Below are positions 50,174 to 64,000 of a stretch of DNA of 64,000 nucleotides, piece by piece. This stretch comes from an uncultured Thermoleophilia bacterium (GTDB lineage: Bacteria > Actinomycetota > Thermoleophilia > UBA2241). The notes below the pieces were generated by a model. That model saw only the letters and a program-made list of their open reading frames with translations. It was not told the origin of the DNA and ran no database searches. Numbering within the stretch: position 1 is the stretch's first letter; each line of letters begins with the position of its first letter. A program made the position numbers and the translations under genes. The DNA lies in contig CAVPCT010000005.1 in NCBI GenBank assembly GCA_963702475.1, positions 704,001 to 768,000 on the forward strand, read 5' to 3'.

Positions 50174-51094
50174 TCAGCCCTGAGTGCCGGGCTGGGACGG
50201 CTTCTCCGGCGCCGGCTTGGGCGGCGGAGCCTGGCGGCCCATCGGCGCCCTTGGGCCGACCGAAGGGCGCGACTGCCCGTCACGACGCGGGCCACCGGGG
50301 CCGCGCCCGCCGCCCTGGCGACCACCGGGGCCGCGGCCTGGGCCGCCCGGACCGCGACCGCCGCCGGGGGCGCCGTCACGGCGCGGACGCCGGTCGCCGC
50401 GGCCGCGATCGTCGCGGCGCTGCTCGTCGCGCTCCAGACGCGCCTTGGCCTCGTCCATGGGGTAGCCCTCGGGCAGGATCTCGCCCTTGTTGATCCAGAC
50501 CTTCACACCGATGCGGCCGAAGGTGGTGCGGGCCTCACGGAAGCCGTAGTCGATGTCCGCGCGGAGCGTGTGCAGGGGCACGCGGCCCTCGCTGTAGTGC
50601 TCGTTGCGCGCCATCTCGGCGCCGCCAAGGCGGCCGCCGCAGCGCACGCGCATGCCGGCGGCGCCGGAACGCATGGCGCTCGTGAGCGCGCGCTTCATGG
50701 CGCGGCGGAAGCTCACGCGGTTCTCGAGCTGCTCGGCGATGGACTGCGCGACCAGCACGGCGTCGAGCTCGGGCCGCTTGACCTCGATGATGTTGACCTG
50801 GACGTTCTTCTTCGTCATCGCGTGGATCTCTTTGCGCAGCGCGTCGACCTCAGAACCGCTCTTGCCGATCACGATGCCGGGGCGGGCGGTGTGGATGTCG
50901 ATGGTCACGTTGTTCTGGTCTTTGCGGATGATGATGCGCGACAGACCAGCGTGCGCGAGCTTGCGCATGATGTGCCGGCGGACGGCCTCGTCCTCGGCGA
51001 GGAACTGCTTGAATTCCTTCTCCGTATACCAGTGCGACTTCCAGTCGTGGATGACGCCGACGCGGAAGCCGCCCGGATGCACCTTCTGGCCCAC
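50174..51094 (-). CDS. rpsC: 30S ribosomal protein uS3 with Arg/Gly/Pro-rich C-terminal tail
   Basis: [14 protein letters not shown] and [11 protein letters not shown] motifs. Start at GTG 51094. Confidence 0.97.
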   Translation of the reverse strand: MGQKVHPGGFRVGVIHDWKSHWYTEKEFKQFLAEDEAVRRHIMRKLAHAGLSRIIIRKDQNNVTIDIHTARPGIVIGKSGSEVDALRKEIHAMTKKNVQVNIIEVKRPELDAVLVAQSIAEQLENRVSFRRAMKRALTSAMRSGAAGMRVRCGGRLGGAEMARNEHYSEGRVPLHTLRADIDYGFREARTTFGRIGVKVWINKGEILPEGYPMDEAKARLERDEQRRDDRGRGDRRPRRDGAPGGGRGPGGPGRGPGGRQGGGRGPGGPRRDGQSRPSVGPRAPMGRQAPPPKPAPEKPSQPGTQG

Positions 51095-51438
51095 TAGGAA
51101 CGGACCTCCCTCTGCTCCACGGCGATGGTGATGTGGCTGCTGCGCTTGCGGATGCGGTTCACGCGGCCCATGGCCCGGAACTGCCACCGCTTGAGGGTGG
51201 GACCCTCGTCGACGCGAGCTTCCTTGACGTACAGATCGTCGGCCGAGAGCCCGTTGTTGTTCTCGGCGTTGGCGACGGCCGAGTTCAGCACCTGGGTCAC
51301 GACGCGAGCTGCGTTGCGGTTCGCGAAGAACAGCGTGCTGCGCGCCTCCGCCACGGACTTGCCGCGGATGAGGTCGACGACCTCACGCGCCTTGCGCGGC
51401 GCGATGCGGATGTACTTCGCCTGTGCTCTGACTGCCAT
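51094..51438 (-). CDS. rplV: 50S ribosomal protein uL22
   Basis: [18 protein letters not shown] and DEGPTLKR motifs. Confidence 0.97.
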   Translation of the reverse strand: MAVRAQAKYIRIAPRKAREVVDLIRGKSVAEARSTLFFANRNAARVVTQVLNSAVANAENNNGLSADDLYVKEARVDEGPTLKRWQFRAMGRVNRIRKRSSHITIAVEQREVRS

Positions 51439-51445
51439 GAGTTGA

Positions 51446-51724
51446 CTACCTTCTGGCCGAGCGGTCGCCCTTGATGTGACCGCGGAACGTGCGCGTGAGC
51501 GCGAACTCGCCCAGCTTGTGGCCGACCATGGACTCGCTGATGAAGATGGGTACGTGCTTGCGTCCGTCGTGGACGGCGATCGTGTGGCCGACCATGTCGG
51601 GGAAGATCGTCGAGGCCCGTGACCAGGTCTTGATCATCTTCTTCTGGCCGGCGGCGTTCATATCCACGATGCGCTTGAGAAGGCGCTCGTCGACGAACGG
51701 ACCTTTCTTGGCTGACCTGCTCAA
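51446..51724 (-). CDS. rpsS: 30S ribosomal protein uS19
   Basis: KKGPFVD, TWSRAS and GHKLGEF motifs. Confidence 0.97.
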   Translation of the reverse strand: MSRSAKKGPFVDERLLKRIVDMNAAGQKKMIKTWSRASTIFPDMVGHTIAVHDGRKHVPIFISESMVGHKLGEFALTRTFRGHIKGDRSARR

Positions 51725-51739
51725 GAGGTGCCTCCTGCC

Positions 51740-52578
<839 letters not shown>

Positions 52579-52579
<1 letters not shown>

Positions 52580-52869
52580 TACCTGCCACCCTCGAAGAAT
52601 TCGATCTTGTCGCCGGGCGCGAGCTGCACGACGGCCTTCTTCCAGGCCGCGGTGCGGCCACGCGACATGCCGCGCCGTTTGGGCTTCGGCTTGATGTTCG
52701 CGGTGCACACGGCGACCACTGTGACGTTGAAGAGCTGGGCGACCGCCTGGGCGATCATGGTCTTGTGCGCGTCCGGGTGCACCTGGAAGGTGTACCGGTC
52801 GTGGTCGATCTGCCCGTAGCTCTTCTCGGAGATGATCGGCTTGATGATGATCTTTTCGGCTTCAACCAT
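52579..52869 (-). CDS. rplW: 50S ribosomal protein uL23
   Basis: PIISEKS and WKKAVVQL motifs. Confidence 0.96.
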
Positions 52870-52872
52870 GTG

Positions 52873-53895
52873 TCACGCCTCGTTCAGGGCGGCGTACGCC
52901 TTCTCGGTGAGGACCAGTGAGCGGGCACGCAGCACCTGCTCGGTGGAGAGCGCGCCCACCTCGCTGACCTCGGCGTAGCGCAGGTTGCGCACCGACTTGG
53001 CCACGGCAGGCTCGTCACAGGTGACGAACAGCACCGGGGCGCCGATGTCGAGGTTCACAAGGAAGTCGTTGACCGCACTCGTGCTGGGCTCGGCGAGGTC
53101 CAGGCCACCGGCGACGAACACGTTGCCGTTCTCGGCGCGGTTGCTGAGCGCCATGGCCAGAGCCTTGCGCACCACCTTGCGGTTGACCTTGATGTCGAAG
53201 GCGCGCGGGTGCGGACCGAACGCGACACCGCCGCCCGTGCGCACCGGCGACTTGACGCTGCCGGCACGGGCGCGGCCCGTGCCCTTCTGGCGGTACAGCT
53301 TGGCCGTGGAGCCGGAAACCTGGCCACGAGTCTTCGTGGACGCGGTGCCACGGCGCCTGGCAGCCTGCTCCGCGCGCACCACGAGGTGCAGCGTGTTGAC
53401 GTCGGCCGGCACGGCGAAGAGCTCGGCCTTGAGCTCACGCTCCTCGAGCTGCTTGCCGGTCGCGTCGACAACGGTGGCCACGCCGGCGCTGCCGTGACGC
53501 GGCTCGTGGACCTCGCGCACGTGGCGCGGCTTGGGCGGACGCTCGGCCCTGACGGGCTTGGCGGCCGGCTTCTCGGCCTTTCTGGGCGCAGCCTTGGCGG
53601 CCCTGGGCTTCGTCGCTTTGGCCGCCGGCTTCTCTGCCTTCTTGGGCGCAGCCTTGGCGGCCGGCTTCTTGGCGGGCTTCTCCGCAGGGGCCGGAACGGC
53701 CTGCTCGGCCGTGGCTTCGGCCGGAGATCCGGCGGCGTCGGGAGCAGCCTCGGCGGCCGGCTCGTCGGCGGCCGGAGCAGCCTCGGGCGCAGCCTCTGCG
53801 AAGGCGGCTTCGGGCGCAGCCGTCTCGGGAACCTCGGCGGCCTCAGGCGACGTGCTCTCGACGTCCGGGTTCTGCTTGGTCTCGTCGGTGCTCAC
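52873..53895 (-). CDS. rplD: 50S ribosomal protein uL4 with about 135-aa low-complexity N-terminal extension
   Basis: Core RRGTASTKTRGQV..RQKGTGRARAG. GTG 53895 lies 2 nt after the rplC stop. Confidence 0.93.
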   Translation of the reverse strand: MSTDETKQNPDVESTSPEAAEVPETAAPEAAFAEAAPEAAPAADEPAAEAAPDAAGSPAEATAEQAVPAPAEKPAKKPAAKAAPKKAEKPAAKATKPRAAKAAPRKAEKPAAKPVRAERPPKPRHVREVHEPRHGSAGVATVVDATGKQLEERELKAELFAVPADVNTLHLVVRAEQAARRRGTASTKTRGQVSGSTAKLYRQKGTGRARAGSVKSPVRTGGGVAFGPHPRAFDIKVNRKVVRKALAMALSNRAENGNVFVAGGLDLAEPSTSAVNDFLVNLDIGAPVLFVTCDEPAVAKSVRNLRYAEVSEVGALSTEQVLRARSLVLTEKAYAALNEA

Positions 53896-53897
53896 GG

Positions 53898-54518
53898 TCA
53901 CCTCGCCTTGATGACGACGACGGAGTTCTTGGCGCCGGGCACCGAGCCCTTGATGAGCAGGAGGTTGTTCTCGACGTCCCTGCGGACGATCTTGAGGCCC
54001 TGCTGGGTGACGCGCTGCGCCCCCATGTGCCCACTCATGCGCATCCCCTTGAACACACGGCTGGGGTAGGCGCTGGCGCCGATGGAACCCGGCTGCCGGA
54101 CGTTGTGCGAACCGTGGGTCTCGGGGCCGCGGCCGAAGTTGTGCCGCTTGATGGTGCCCTGGAACCCTTTGCCCTTGCTCACACCAGCGACGCTGACGGG
54201 CTGGCCGTCCTCGAACGCCTCCACCGTGACGACATCGCCGACCTTGAGGTCGCCGACGCCGTCGAACTCGGCCAGATGGCGCATGCCGTGCTTGAGACCA
54301 GCCTTCTTGAGGTGGCCGAGCTCGGGCTTGCTGATGTGCTTGTCGCGGCACTCCTCAAAGGCGAGCTGTACGGCCTCATAGCCGTCGTTGCCGAGGGTGC
54401 GGATCTGGGTGACCGGACAGGGACCAGCCTGGACGACCGTGACGGCCACGACGTTGCCGTCGTCGTCGAAGAGCTGGGTCATGCCGACCTTTTTGCCGAT
54501 GATGCCTGCCATCGTCAA
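53898..54518 (-). CDS. rplC: 50S ribosomal protein uL3
   Basis: GKKVGMTQ and SKGKGFQG motifs. Start may be ATG 54512. Confidence 0.97.
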   Translation of the reverse strand: MTMAGIIGKKVGMTQLFDDDGNVVAVTVVQAGPCPVTQIRTLGNDGYEAVQLAFEECRDKHISKPELGHLKKAGLKHGMRHLAEFDGVGDLKVGDVVTVEAFEDGQPVSVAGVSKGKGFQGTIKRHNFGRGPETHGSHNVRQPGSIGASAYPSRVFKGMRMSGHMGAQRVTQQGLKIVRRDVENNLLLIKGSVPGAKNSVVVIKAR

Positions 54519-54823
54519 AGCTTGATCTCGATGTGGACACCGGCGGGCAGATCGAGACGCATCAGCTGGTCGACCGTCTTGGGGGTCGGCTGATGGATGT
54601 CGATGAGCCTCTTGTGCGTGCGGATCTCGAAGTGTTCGCGCGAGTCCTTGTCCTTGAACGGGCTCTTGATGACGCAGTACACGTTCTTCTCCGTAGGTAG
54701 CGGCACGGGGCCAGAGATGGTCGCGCCGCTGCGCTGCGCTGTCTCCACGATGGACTGCGCGCTGCGCTCGATCAGCTCGTGATCGTAAGACTTCAACCTG
54801 ATGCGTATCTTCTGCTGAGCCAC
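54515..54823 (-). CDS. rpsJ: 30S ribosomal protein uS10
   Basis: [17 protein letters not shown] and THKRLIDI motifs. Start at GTG 54823. Confidence 0.97.
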   Translation of the reverse strand: MAQQKIRIRLKSYDHELIERSAQSIVETAQRSGATISGPVPLPTEKNVYCVIKSPFKDKDSREHFEIRTHKRLIDIHQPTPKTVDQLMRLDLPAGVHIEIKL

Positions 54824-54911
54824 TCTAGCCTTCTCTGTCCTGTTCACGTGGCCGGGTGTGTCCCTCACGCGAGCGCGACGAAGCGCGCCCGGCCATTGCA
54901 GTGTGCTGGTT

Positions 54912-56120
54912 CTACTCGAGGATCTTGGTGATAGCGCCGGCGCCCACAGTGCGGCCGCCCTCGCGGATGGCGAAACGCAGGCCCTCTTCCATGGCGATCG
55001 GCGTGATGAGCTTGACTTCCATCACGGTGTTGTCGCCCGGCATGACCATCTCGACGCCCTCTTCGAGGGTGATGACGCCGGTCACGTCGGTGGTGCGGAA
55101 GTAGAACTGTGGGCGGTAGCCGTTGAAGAACGGCGTGTGGCGCCCACCTTCGTCCTTGGACAGCACGTACACCTGCGTGAGGAAGTGCGTGTGACCGGTG
55201 ATGCTCGCCGGCTTGCAGCACACCATGCCGCGCTCGACCTCTTCGCGCTTGGTGCCACGCAGGAGCAGGCCGATGTTGTCGCCGGCACGACCCTCGTCGA
55301 GCAGCTTGCGGAACATCTCGACGCCGGTGACGGTGGTCTTCATCGGCTTCTCGCGCATGCCGACGATCTCGATCTCCTCGCCGACCTTGACGACGCCGCG
55401 TTCCACACGACCGGTGGCGACAGTGCCACGGCCGGTGATGGTGAAGACGTCCTCGACGGGCATGAGGAACGGCTTGTCGACGTCGCGCTCGGGCTCGGGC
55501 AGATACTCGTCGAGGGCGTTGGTGAGCTCGACGATGCTGCTGCACCACTCGCAGTCGTCCTTGCCGCAGCCGCACTCGAGCGCCTTGAGCGCCGAGCCCT
55601 TGATGACCGGAAGATCGTCACCGGGGAACTCGTACTCGCTGAGGAGCTCGCGGACCTCCATCTCGACCAGTTCGAGGAGCTCGGGGTCATCGACGAGGTC
55701 GACCTTGTTCATATAGACGACGATGTGCGGCACGTTGACCTGGTGGGCGAGCAGGATGTGCTCACGCGTCTGAGGCATGGGGCCGTCGTCCGCGCCTACG
55801 ACGAGGATGGCGGCGTCCATCTGGGCGGCGCCAGTGATCATGTTCTTGATGTAGTCAGCGTGGCCCGGGCAGTCGACGTGAGCGTAGTGACGCTTCTCGG
55901 TCTCGTACTCGACGTGCGCGGTGGCGATGGTGATGCCGCGCTCGCGCTCTTCCGGCGCCTTGTCGATCATGTCGAAGGCGGTGAACTCGGTGGAGCCCAC
56001 GCCGCGGTTGTGCAGCACCAGCGTGATCGCAGCGGTGAGGGTGGTCTTGCCATGGTCGACGTGACCGATGGTGCCCACGTTCATGTGCGGCTTGCTGCGG
56101 TCAAACTTCTGCTTGGCCAT
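54912..56120 (-). CDS. tuf: Elongation factor Tu
   Basis: [18 protein letters not shown] and YRPQFYFRT motifs. Confidence 0.99.
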   Translation of the reverse strand: MAKQKFDRSKPHMNVGTIGHVDHGKTTLTAAITLVLHNRGVGSTEFTAFDMIDKAPEERERGITIATAHVEYETEKRHYAHVDCPGHADYIKNMITGAAQMDAAILVVGADDGPMPQTREHILLAHQVNVPHIVVYMNKVDLVDDPELLELVEMEVRELLSEYEFPGDDLPVIKGSALKALECGCGKDDCEWCSSIVELTNALDEYLPEPERDVDKPFLMPVEDVFTITGRGTVATGRVERGVVKVGEEIEIVGMREKPMKTTVTGVEMFRKLLDEGRAGDNIGLLLRGTKREEVERGMVCCKPASITGHTHFLTQVYVLSKDEGGRHTPFFNGYRPQFYFRTTDVTGVITLEEGVEMVMPGDNTVMEVKLITPIAMEEGLRFAIREGGRTVGAGAITKILE

Positions 56121-56203
56121 GTCTGCTACTCCTTTTCCCGAAACCCGGAGAGGTAGAGTTCACACAAAAAGCGGCGCGGCAGCCTGCCGCACCAAAGGTC
56201 GGC

Positions 56204-56233
56204 AGTATACACGAACTCCGCCGGCCTGGGCAA
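56204..56233 (-). promoter_or_regulatory. Putative tuf internal promoter (TTGCCC-18-TATACT)
   Basis: Hexamers in the fusA-tuf gap. Confidence 0.5.
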
Positions 56234-56263
56234 CTGGTCGGTCAGACTTCACGCGCGCGTCCG

Positions 56264-58339
56264 TCACGCCCCGCGCACCTTGGCGACGATGTCGTTGGCG
56301 ATCGAAGCAGGCACCTCCGCGTAGTGCTTGAACTGCATCGTGTACGTCGCGCGCCCCTGCGTGGCGGAGCGCACGTCCGTGGCGTAGCCGAACATGGTGG
56401 AGAGCGGGACGGTGGCCGTGATGACCTGGGCGTTGCCGCGCGGCTCCATACCGTCGATGTGGCCGCGGCGCGCGTTGAGGTCGCCCATCACGTCGCCCAT
56501 GTACTCTGCCGGCGTGACCACCTCGACGGCCATCATGGGCTCCAGAAGCACGGGCTTGGCCTTCTGGGCTGCGTTCTTGAACGCCAGCGAGCCTGCGATC
56601 TTGAAGGCCATGTCCGAGGAGTCGACCTCGTGGTAGCTGCCGTCCACCAGCGCCACCTTGATGTCGACCACGGGGTAACCGGCGAGCACGCCGGTGCTCA
56701 TGGCCTCCCGGATGCCGTCATCGACGGCCGGGATGTAGTCGCGCGGGATGGTGCCGCCGACGATGCGGTTCGAGAACTCATAGCCGGCGCCGGCCCCGTT
56801 GGGCTCCATCTCGATGACGACGTGGCCGTACTGGCCGCGGCCGCCGGTCTGACGGACGAACCTGCCCTCGACCTTGGTGACCTTGTTGCGGACCGTCTCC
56901 CGGTACGCGACCTGGGGCTTGCCGACGTTGGCGTCGACGCCGAACTCGCGCACCAGACGGTCGACGATGATCTCGAGGTGCAGCTCGCCCATGCCGGCGA
57001 TGATGGTCTGGCCCGTCTCCTCGTCGGTGTTGACGCGGAAGGTGGGGTCCTCCTCCGCCAGCCGCTGCAGCGAGTTGCCGAGCTTCTCCTCGTCGGCCTT
57101 GGTCTTGGGCTCGATGGCCACGAAGATGACCGGCTCGGGGAACTCCATGGACTCGAGCACGACGGGCTTGTCCGGCACCGTGAGCGTGTCGCCGGTGCCG
57201 GTGTTCTTGAGCCCCACGGCCGCGGCCAGCTCACCCGCATAGACCTCCTCGCGGTCCTCGCGGTGGTTGGCGTGCATCTGCAGGATGCGGCTGATGCGCT
57301 CACGTTTGTTCTTGGTGGCGTTGAGCACGTAGGAGCCGGCCTTGAGGGTGCCGGAGTACACGCGGAAGTAGGTGAGCTTGCCCACATACGGGTCGACTGC
57401 CACCTTGAACGCCAGGGCGGCGAAGGGCTCGTCGTCGGCGGTGCGCCTGGTGGCCTCGTCGCCGTTAGGCTTGACGCCCTTGACCGGCGGTACGTCGAGC
57501 GGCGACGGCAGGTAGTCGACGATCGCGTCCATGAGCGGCTGGACGCCCTTGTTCTTGAAGGCCGAGCCACACAGCACCGGTATGATGCTGATGTCCAGGG
57601 TCGCCTTGCGGATGACCTCCCTGAGGTGCTCGGGCGTGATGTCCTCGCCCTCCAGATAGGCCTCGAGCAGGTGGTCGTCGTGGTCGGCGATGGCCTCGAC
57701 CAGCTTGAGGCGGTACTCCTCGGCCAGCTCCTGGTGGTCGTCGGGGATGTCGACCACTTCGAACTCGGTGCCGAGCTCGTCCTGATAGACCAGCGCCCTC
57801 ATCTCGATGAGGTCGATGATGCCGCGGAAGTCCGCCTCGCGGCCGATGGGGACCTGCAGCGCCACCGGGTTGGCGCCCAGACGGTCGACCATCATCTCGA
57901 GGCCGCGGAAGAAGTCGGCGCCGATGCGGTCCATCTTGTTGACGAAGGCGATGCGCGGGATGCCGTACTTGTCGGCCTGGCGCCACACCGTCTCGGACTG
58001 GGGCTCGACGCCCCCGACGGAGCAGAACAGGGCGATGGCGCCGTCGAGCACGCGGAGGCTGCGCTCGACCTCCATGGTGAAGTCCACGTGCCCGGGCGTG
58101 TCTATGATGTTGATCTGCGTGTCCCGCCAGGCGACGGTGGTGGCGGCCGACGTGATGGTGATGCCGCGCTCCTGCTCCTGCGCCATCCAGTCCATCACGG
58201 CTGCGCCCTCGTGGACCTCGCCGATCTTGTGCGTCTTCCCGGTGTAATACAGGATGCGCTCGGTCGTCGTGGTCTTGCCGGCGTCGATGTGCGCCATGAT
58301 GCCGATATTGCGCGTGTTGTGCAGCGAGTGCTGTCGCAT
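56264..58339 (-). CDS. fusA: Elongation factor G
   Basis: [18 protein letters not shown] and GMGELHL motifs. Confidence 0.99.
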   Translation of the reverse strand: MRQHSLHNTRNIGIMAHIDAGKTTTTERILYYTGKTHKIGEVHEGAAVMDWMAQEQERGITITSAATTVAWRDTQINIIDTPGHVDFTMEVERSLRVLDGAIALFCSVGGVEPQSETVWRQADKYGIPRIAFVNKMDRIGADFFRGLEMMVDRLGANPVALQVPIGREADFRGIIDLIEMRALVYQDELGTEFEVVDIPDDHQELAEEYRLKLVEAIADHDDHLLEAYLEGEDITPEHLREVIRKATLDISIIPVLCGSAFKNKGVQPLMDAIVDYLPSPLDVPPVKGVKPNGDEATRRTADDEPFAALAFKVAVDPYVGKLTYFRVYSGTLKAGSYVLNATKNKRERISRILQMHANHREDREEVYAGELAAAVGLKNTGTGDTLTVPDKPVVLESMEFPEPVIFVAIEPKTKADEEKLGNSLQRLAEEDPTFRVNTDEETGQTIIAGMGELHLEIIVDRLVREFGVDANVGKPQVAYRETVRNKVTKVEGRFVRQTGGRGQYGHVVIEMEPNGAGAGYEFSNRIVGGTIPRDYIPAVDDGIREAMSTGVLAGYPVVDIKVALVDGSYHEVDSSDMAFKIAGSLAFKNAAQKAKPVLLEPMMAVEVVTPAEYMGDVMGDLNARRGHIDGMEPRGNAQVITATVPLSTMFGYATDVRSATQGRATYTMQFKHYAEVPASIANDIVAKVRGA

Positions 58340-58368
58340 GTTCCCTATCGTCGTCCTTCCACGCGAAA

Positions 58369-58398
58369 GCCCCTCACCGACGAAGGTCAGTGAGGGGC
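58369..58398. other. Stable hairpin in the rpsG-fusA spacer
   Basis: GCCCCTCAC-CGACGAAGGTCA-GTGAGGGGC inverted repeat; attenuator, processing or stabilising role unknown. Confidence 0.5.
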
Positions 58399-58408
58399 CT
58401 CCGAGGGA

Positions 58409-58879
58409 TTACCAGCGGTAATGCGCGAAGGCCTTGTTGGCCTGCGCCATCCTGAAGATGTCGTCCTTCTTCTTGAACGCGCCGCCCTGGCCGGCCAGAG
58501 CATCGAGCATCTCAGCGGCCAGGCGCTCGGCCATGACCTTCTCGCGACGCTCGCGCGAGAAGCTGACCAGCCAGCGGATGGCGAGGGTGCGGGCGCGGCG
58601 GCCCGGCACCTCGACCGGCACCTGATAGGTGGCGCCGCCGACTCGCCGGCTGCGGACCTCGAGGTGCGGCGTGAGCGCCTGCACGGCGTCCTGCATGACC
58701 TCCACCGGGTCTCGGCCGGACTTCTCGCGCACGATCTCGAGCGCGCCGTAGACGATCTGCTCGGCAGTGCTCTTCTTGCCGTCGAGCAGGACCTTGTTGA
58801 TGACCTGCGTGACGAGCTTGCTGTTGTACACCGGGTCCGGCAGGACCTCACGGCGCGTGATGGTGCCTCTGCGCGGCAT
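58409..58879 (-). CDS. rpsG: 30S ribosomal protein uS7
   Basis: [16 protein letters not shown] and [10 protein letters not shown] motifs. Confidence 0.98.
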   Translation of the reverse strand: MPRRGTITRREVLPDPVYNSKLVTQVINKVLLDGKKSTAEQIVYGALEIVREKSGRDPVEVMQDAVQALTPHLEVRSRRVGGATYQVPVEVPGRRARTLAIRWLVSFSRERREKVMAERLAAEMLDALAGQGGAFKKKDDIFRMAQANKAFAHYRW

Positions 58880-58882
58880 GTC

Positions 58883-59260
58883 TTACCTCGTTCCCTTGCC
58901 CTTGGCACCGTAGCGCGAACGGGCCTTCTTGCGATCGGCGACGCCGGAGGCGTCGAGCGTGCCGCGGATGACCTTGTAGCGCACGCCCGGCAGGTCCTTG
59001 ACACGGCCGCCACGCACGAGCACCACCGAGTGCTCCTGCAGGTTGTGGCCGACGCCGGGGATGTACGTGGTGACCTCCATGCCGTTGCTGAGCCTGACTC
59101 GAGCGACCTTGCGCAGGGCGGAGTTCGGCTTCTTCGGAGTGGTGGTGTACACGCGCGTGCACACGCCGCGCTTCTGGGGCGAACCCTTGAGCGCCGGCGT
59201 CTTGGCGCGCTTCACTTTGCTCTCGCGCCCTTTGCGAACGAGCTGGCTGATGGTTGTCAT
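58883..59260 (-). CDS. rpsL: 30S ribosomal protein uS12
   Basis: [11 protein letters not shown] and [10 protein letters not shown] motifs. Confidence 0.98.
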   Translation of the reverse strand: MTTISQLVRKGRESKVKRAKTPALKGSPQKRGVCTRVYTTTPKKPNSALRKVARVRLSNGMEVTTYIPGVGHNLQEHSVVLVRGGRVKDLPGVRYKVIRGTLDASGVADRKKARSRYGAKGKGTR

Positions 59261-59308
59261 CTGACCTCTCTGGACTCTCAGTGATGCCGCTCAGAACAAC
59301 GGCCATGT

Positions 59309-59337
59309 AGTGTAGCGAACCCGGGCTGCGGCCGCAA
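59309..59337 (-). promoter_or_regulatory. Putative str operon promoter (TTGCGG-17-TACACT)
   Basis: Hexamers with a 17-nt spacer about 50 nt upstream of rpsL. Confidence 0.55.
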
Positions 59338-59365
59338 CACGCTTTCGCGCGGCGGCCGCAGCCCG
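59322..59365 (-). terminator. Hairpin downstream of rpoC
   Basis: 14-bp perfect inverted repeat CGGGCTGCGGCCGC...GCGGCCGCAGCCCG. Confidence 0.6.
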
Positions 59366-59446
59366 TCGATCACGCCGTCGCTCGCTGAGCCCTGCCGGGC
59401 CGAGGGCCGCTCAGTACCGTTACGGCTGCTTCGTTGCCCACAGGCA

Positions 59447-63703
<4,257 letters not shown>

Positions 63704-63728
63704 GTTCGCTCCCTCTGCCTAGGCGGGG

Positions 63729-64000
63729 TCAGTCTTCGTCGACGTCGTCGGACTCCAGGTCGTCCCCGAGGCTCAGGACGTCGATGCCTTCGATGTCGAG
63801 CTCGTCGCCGAACACGGCGGCGTCGGCGCCGGCGCCGGTGAGCGCCGCCAGGGCGGCGGGCAGGCCTTCGGCGACCACGGGACTGGGCTCCTGGATCGCC
63901 ACGTCCTCGGCGTCGAAGGTTGCTTCGTCCGGCTCGCTGCCGGCACCGATGACGTCCTGCAGGGCCGAGCTGTCGACACCGGCCGCCTCGAGCTCGCCGG
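63729..64000 (-). CDS. rpoB: 3' end of the gene upstream of rpoC, presumably rpoB (acidic tail only)
   Basis: Open frame GELEAAGVDSSALQ...DDLESDDVDED* ends 25 nt before rpoC. Identity rests on synteny only; no RpoB motif is inside the window. Confidence 0.65.
   Translation of the reverse strand, partial: GELEAAGVDSSALQDVIGAGSEPDEATFDAEDVAIQEPSPVVAEGLPAALAALTGAGADAAVFGDELDIEGIDVLSLGDDLESDDVDED

Noticed and set aside
58883-59260. Streptomycin-resistance alleles in rpsL
   Set aside because: The K42/K43 (PKKPNS) and K87 (RVKDLP) motifs are wild type.

Overview
High-GC bacterial chromosome segment with mostly minus-strand genes. Gene order and RpoC/Mfd sequence style suggest an anaerobic Actinomycetota, probably Thermoleophilia-like (inference). 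The right half (35.3-64 kb) is the core rpoB(3' end)-rpoC-str-S10-spc-alpha superoperon followed by ecfA1A2T-truA; uL4, uS17, uS3 and apparently RpoB carry long low-complexity extensions. The left part holds the housekeeping run metG-tatD-rsmA-ispE-tRNA-Gln-glmU-prs-rplY-pth-mfd, plus dacB and a secreted Cwp84-like C1A protease. The accessory middle (15-33 kb) contains an Lrp-aminotransferase-ureohydrolase module and the most notable system: rex, then a Rex-box-preceded operon REC-hydC-hydB-hydA (group A3, bifurcating-type [FeFe]-hydrogenase; hydB has a +1 frameshift) with a group C [FeFe]-hydrogenase/histidine-kinase fusion, a second REC and a REC-PAS-HK. Downstream lies a region-3-less FliA/WhiG-like sigma factor with a structured leader. 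The phosphorelay has no DNA-binding output domain in the locus. A 51-bp-period palindromic (REP-like) array lies between metG and tatD. No CRISPR array, rRNA or recognisable transposase/integrase was seen.
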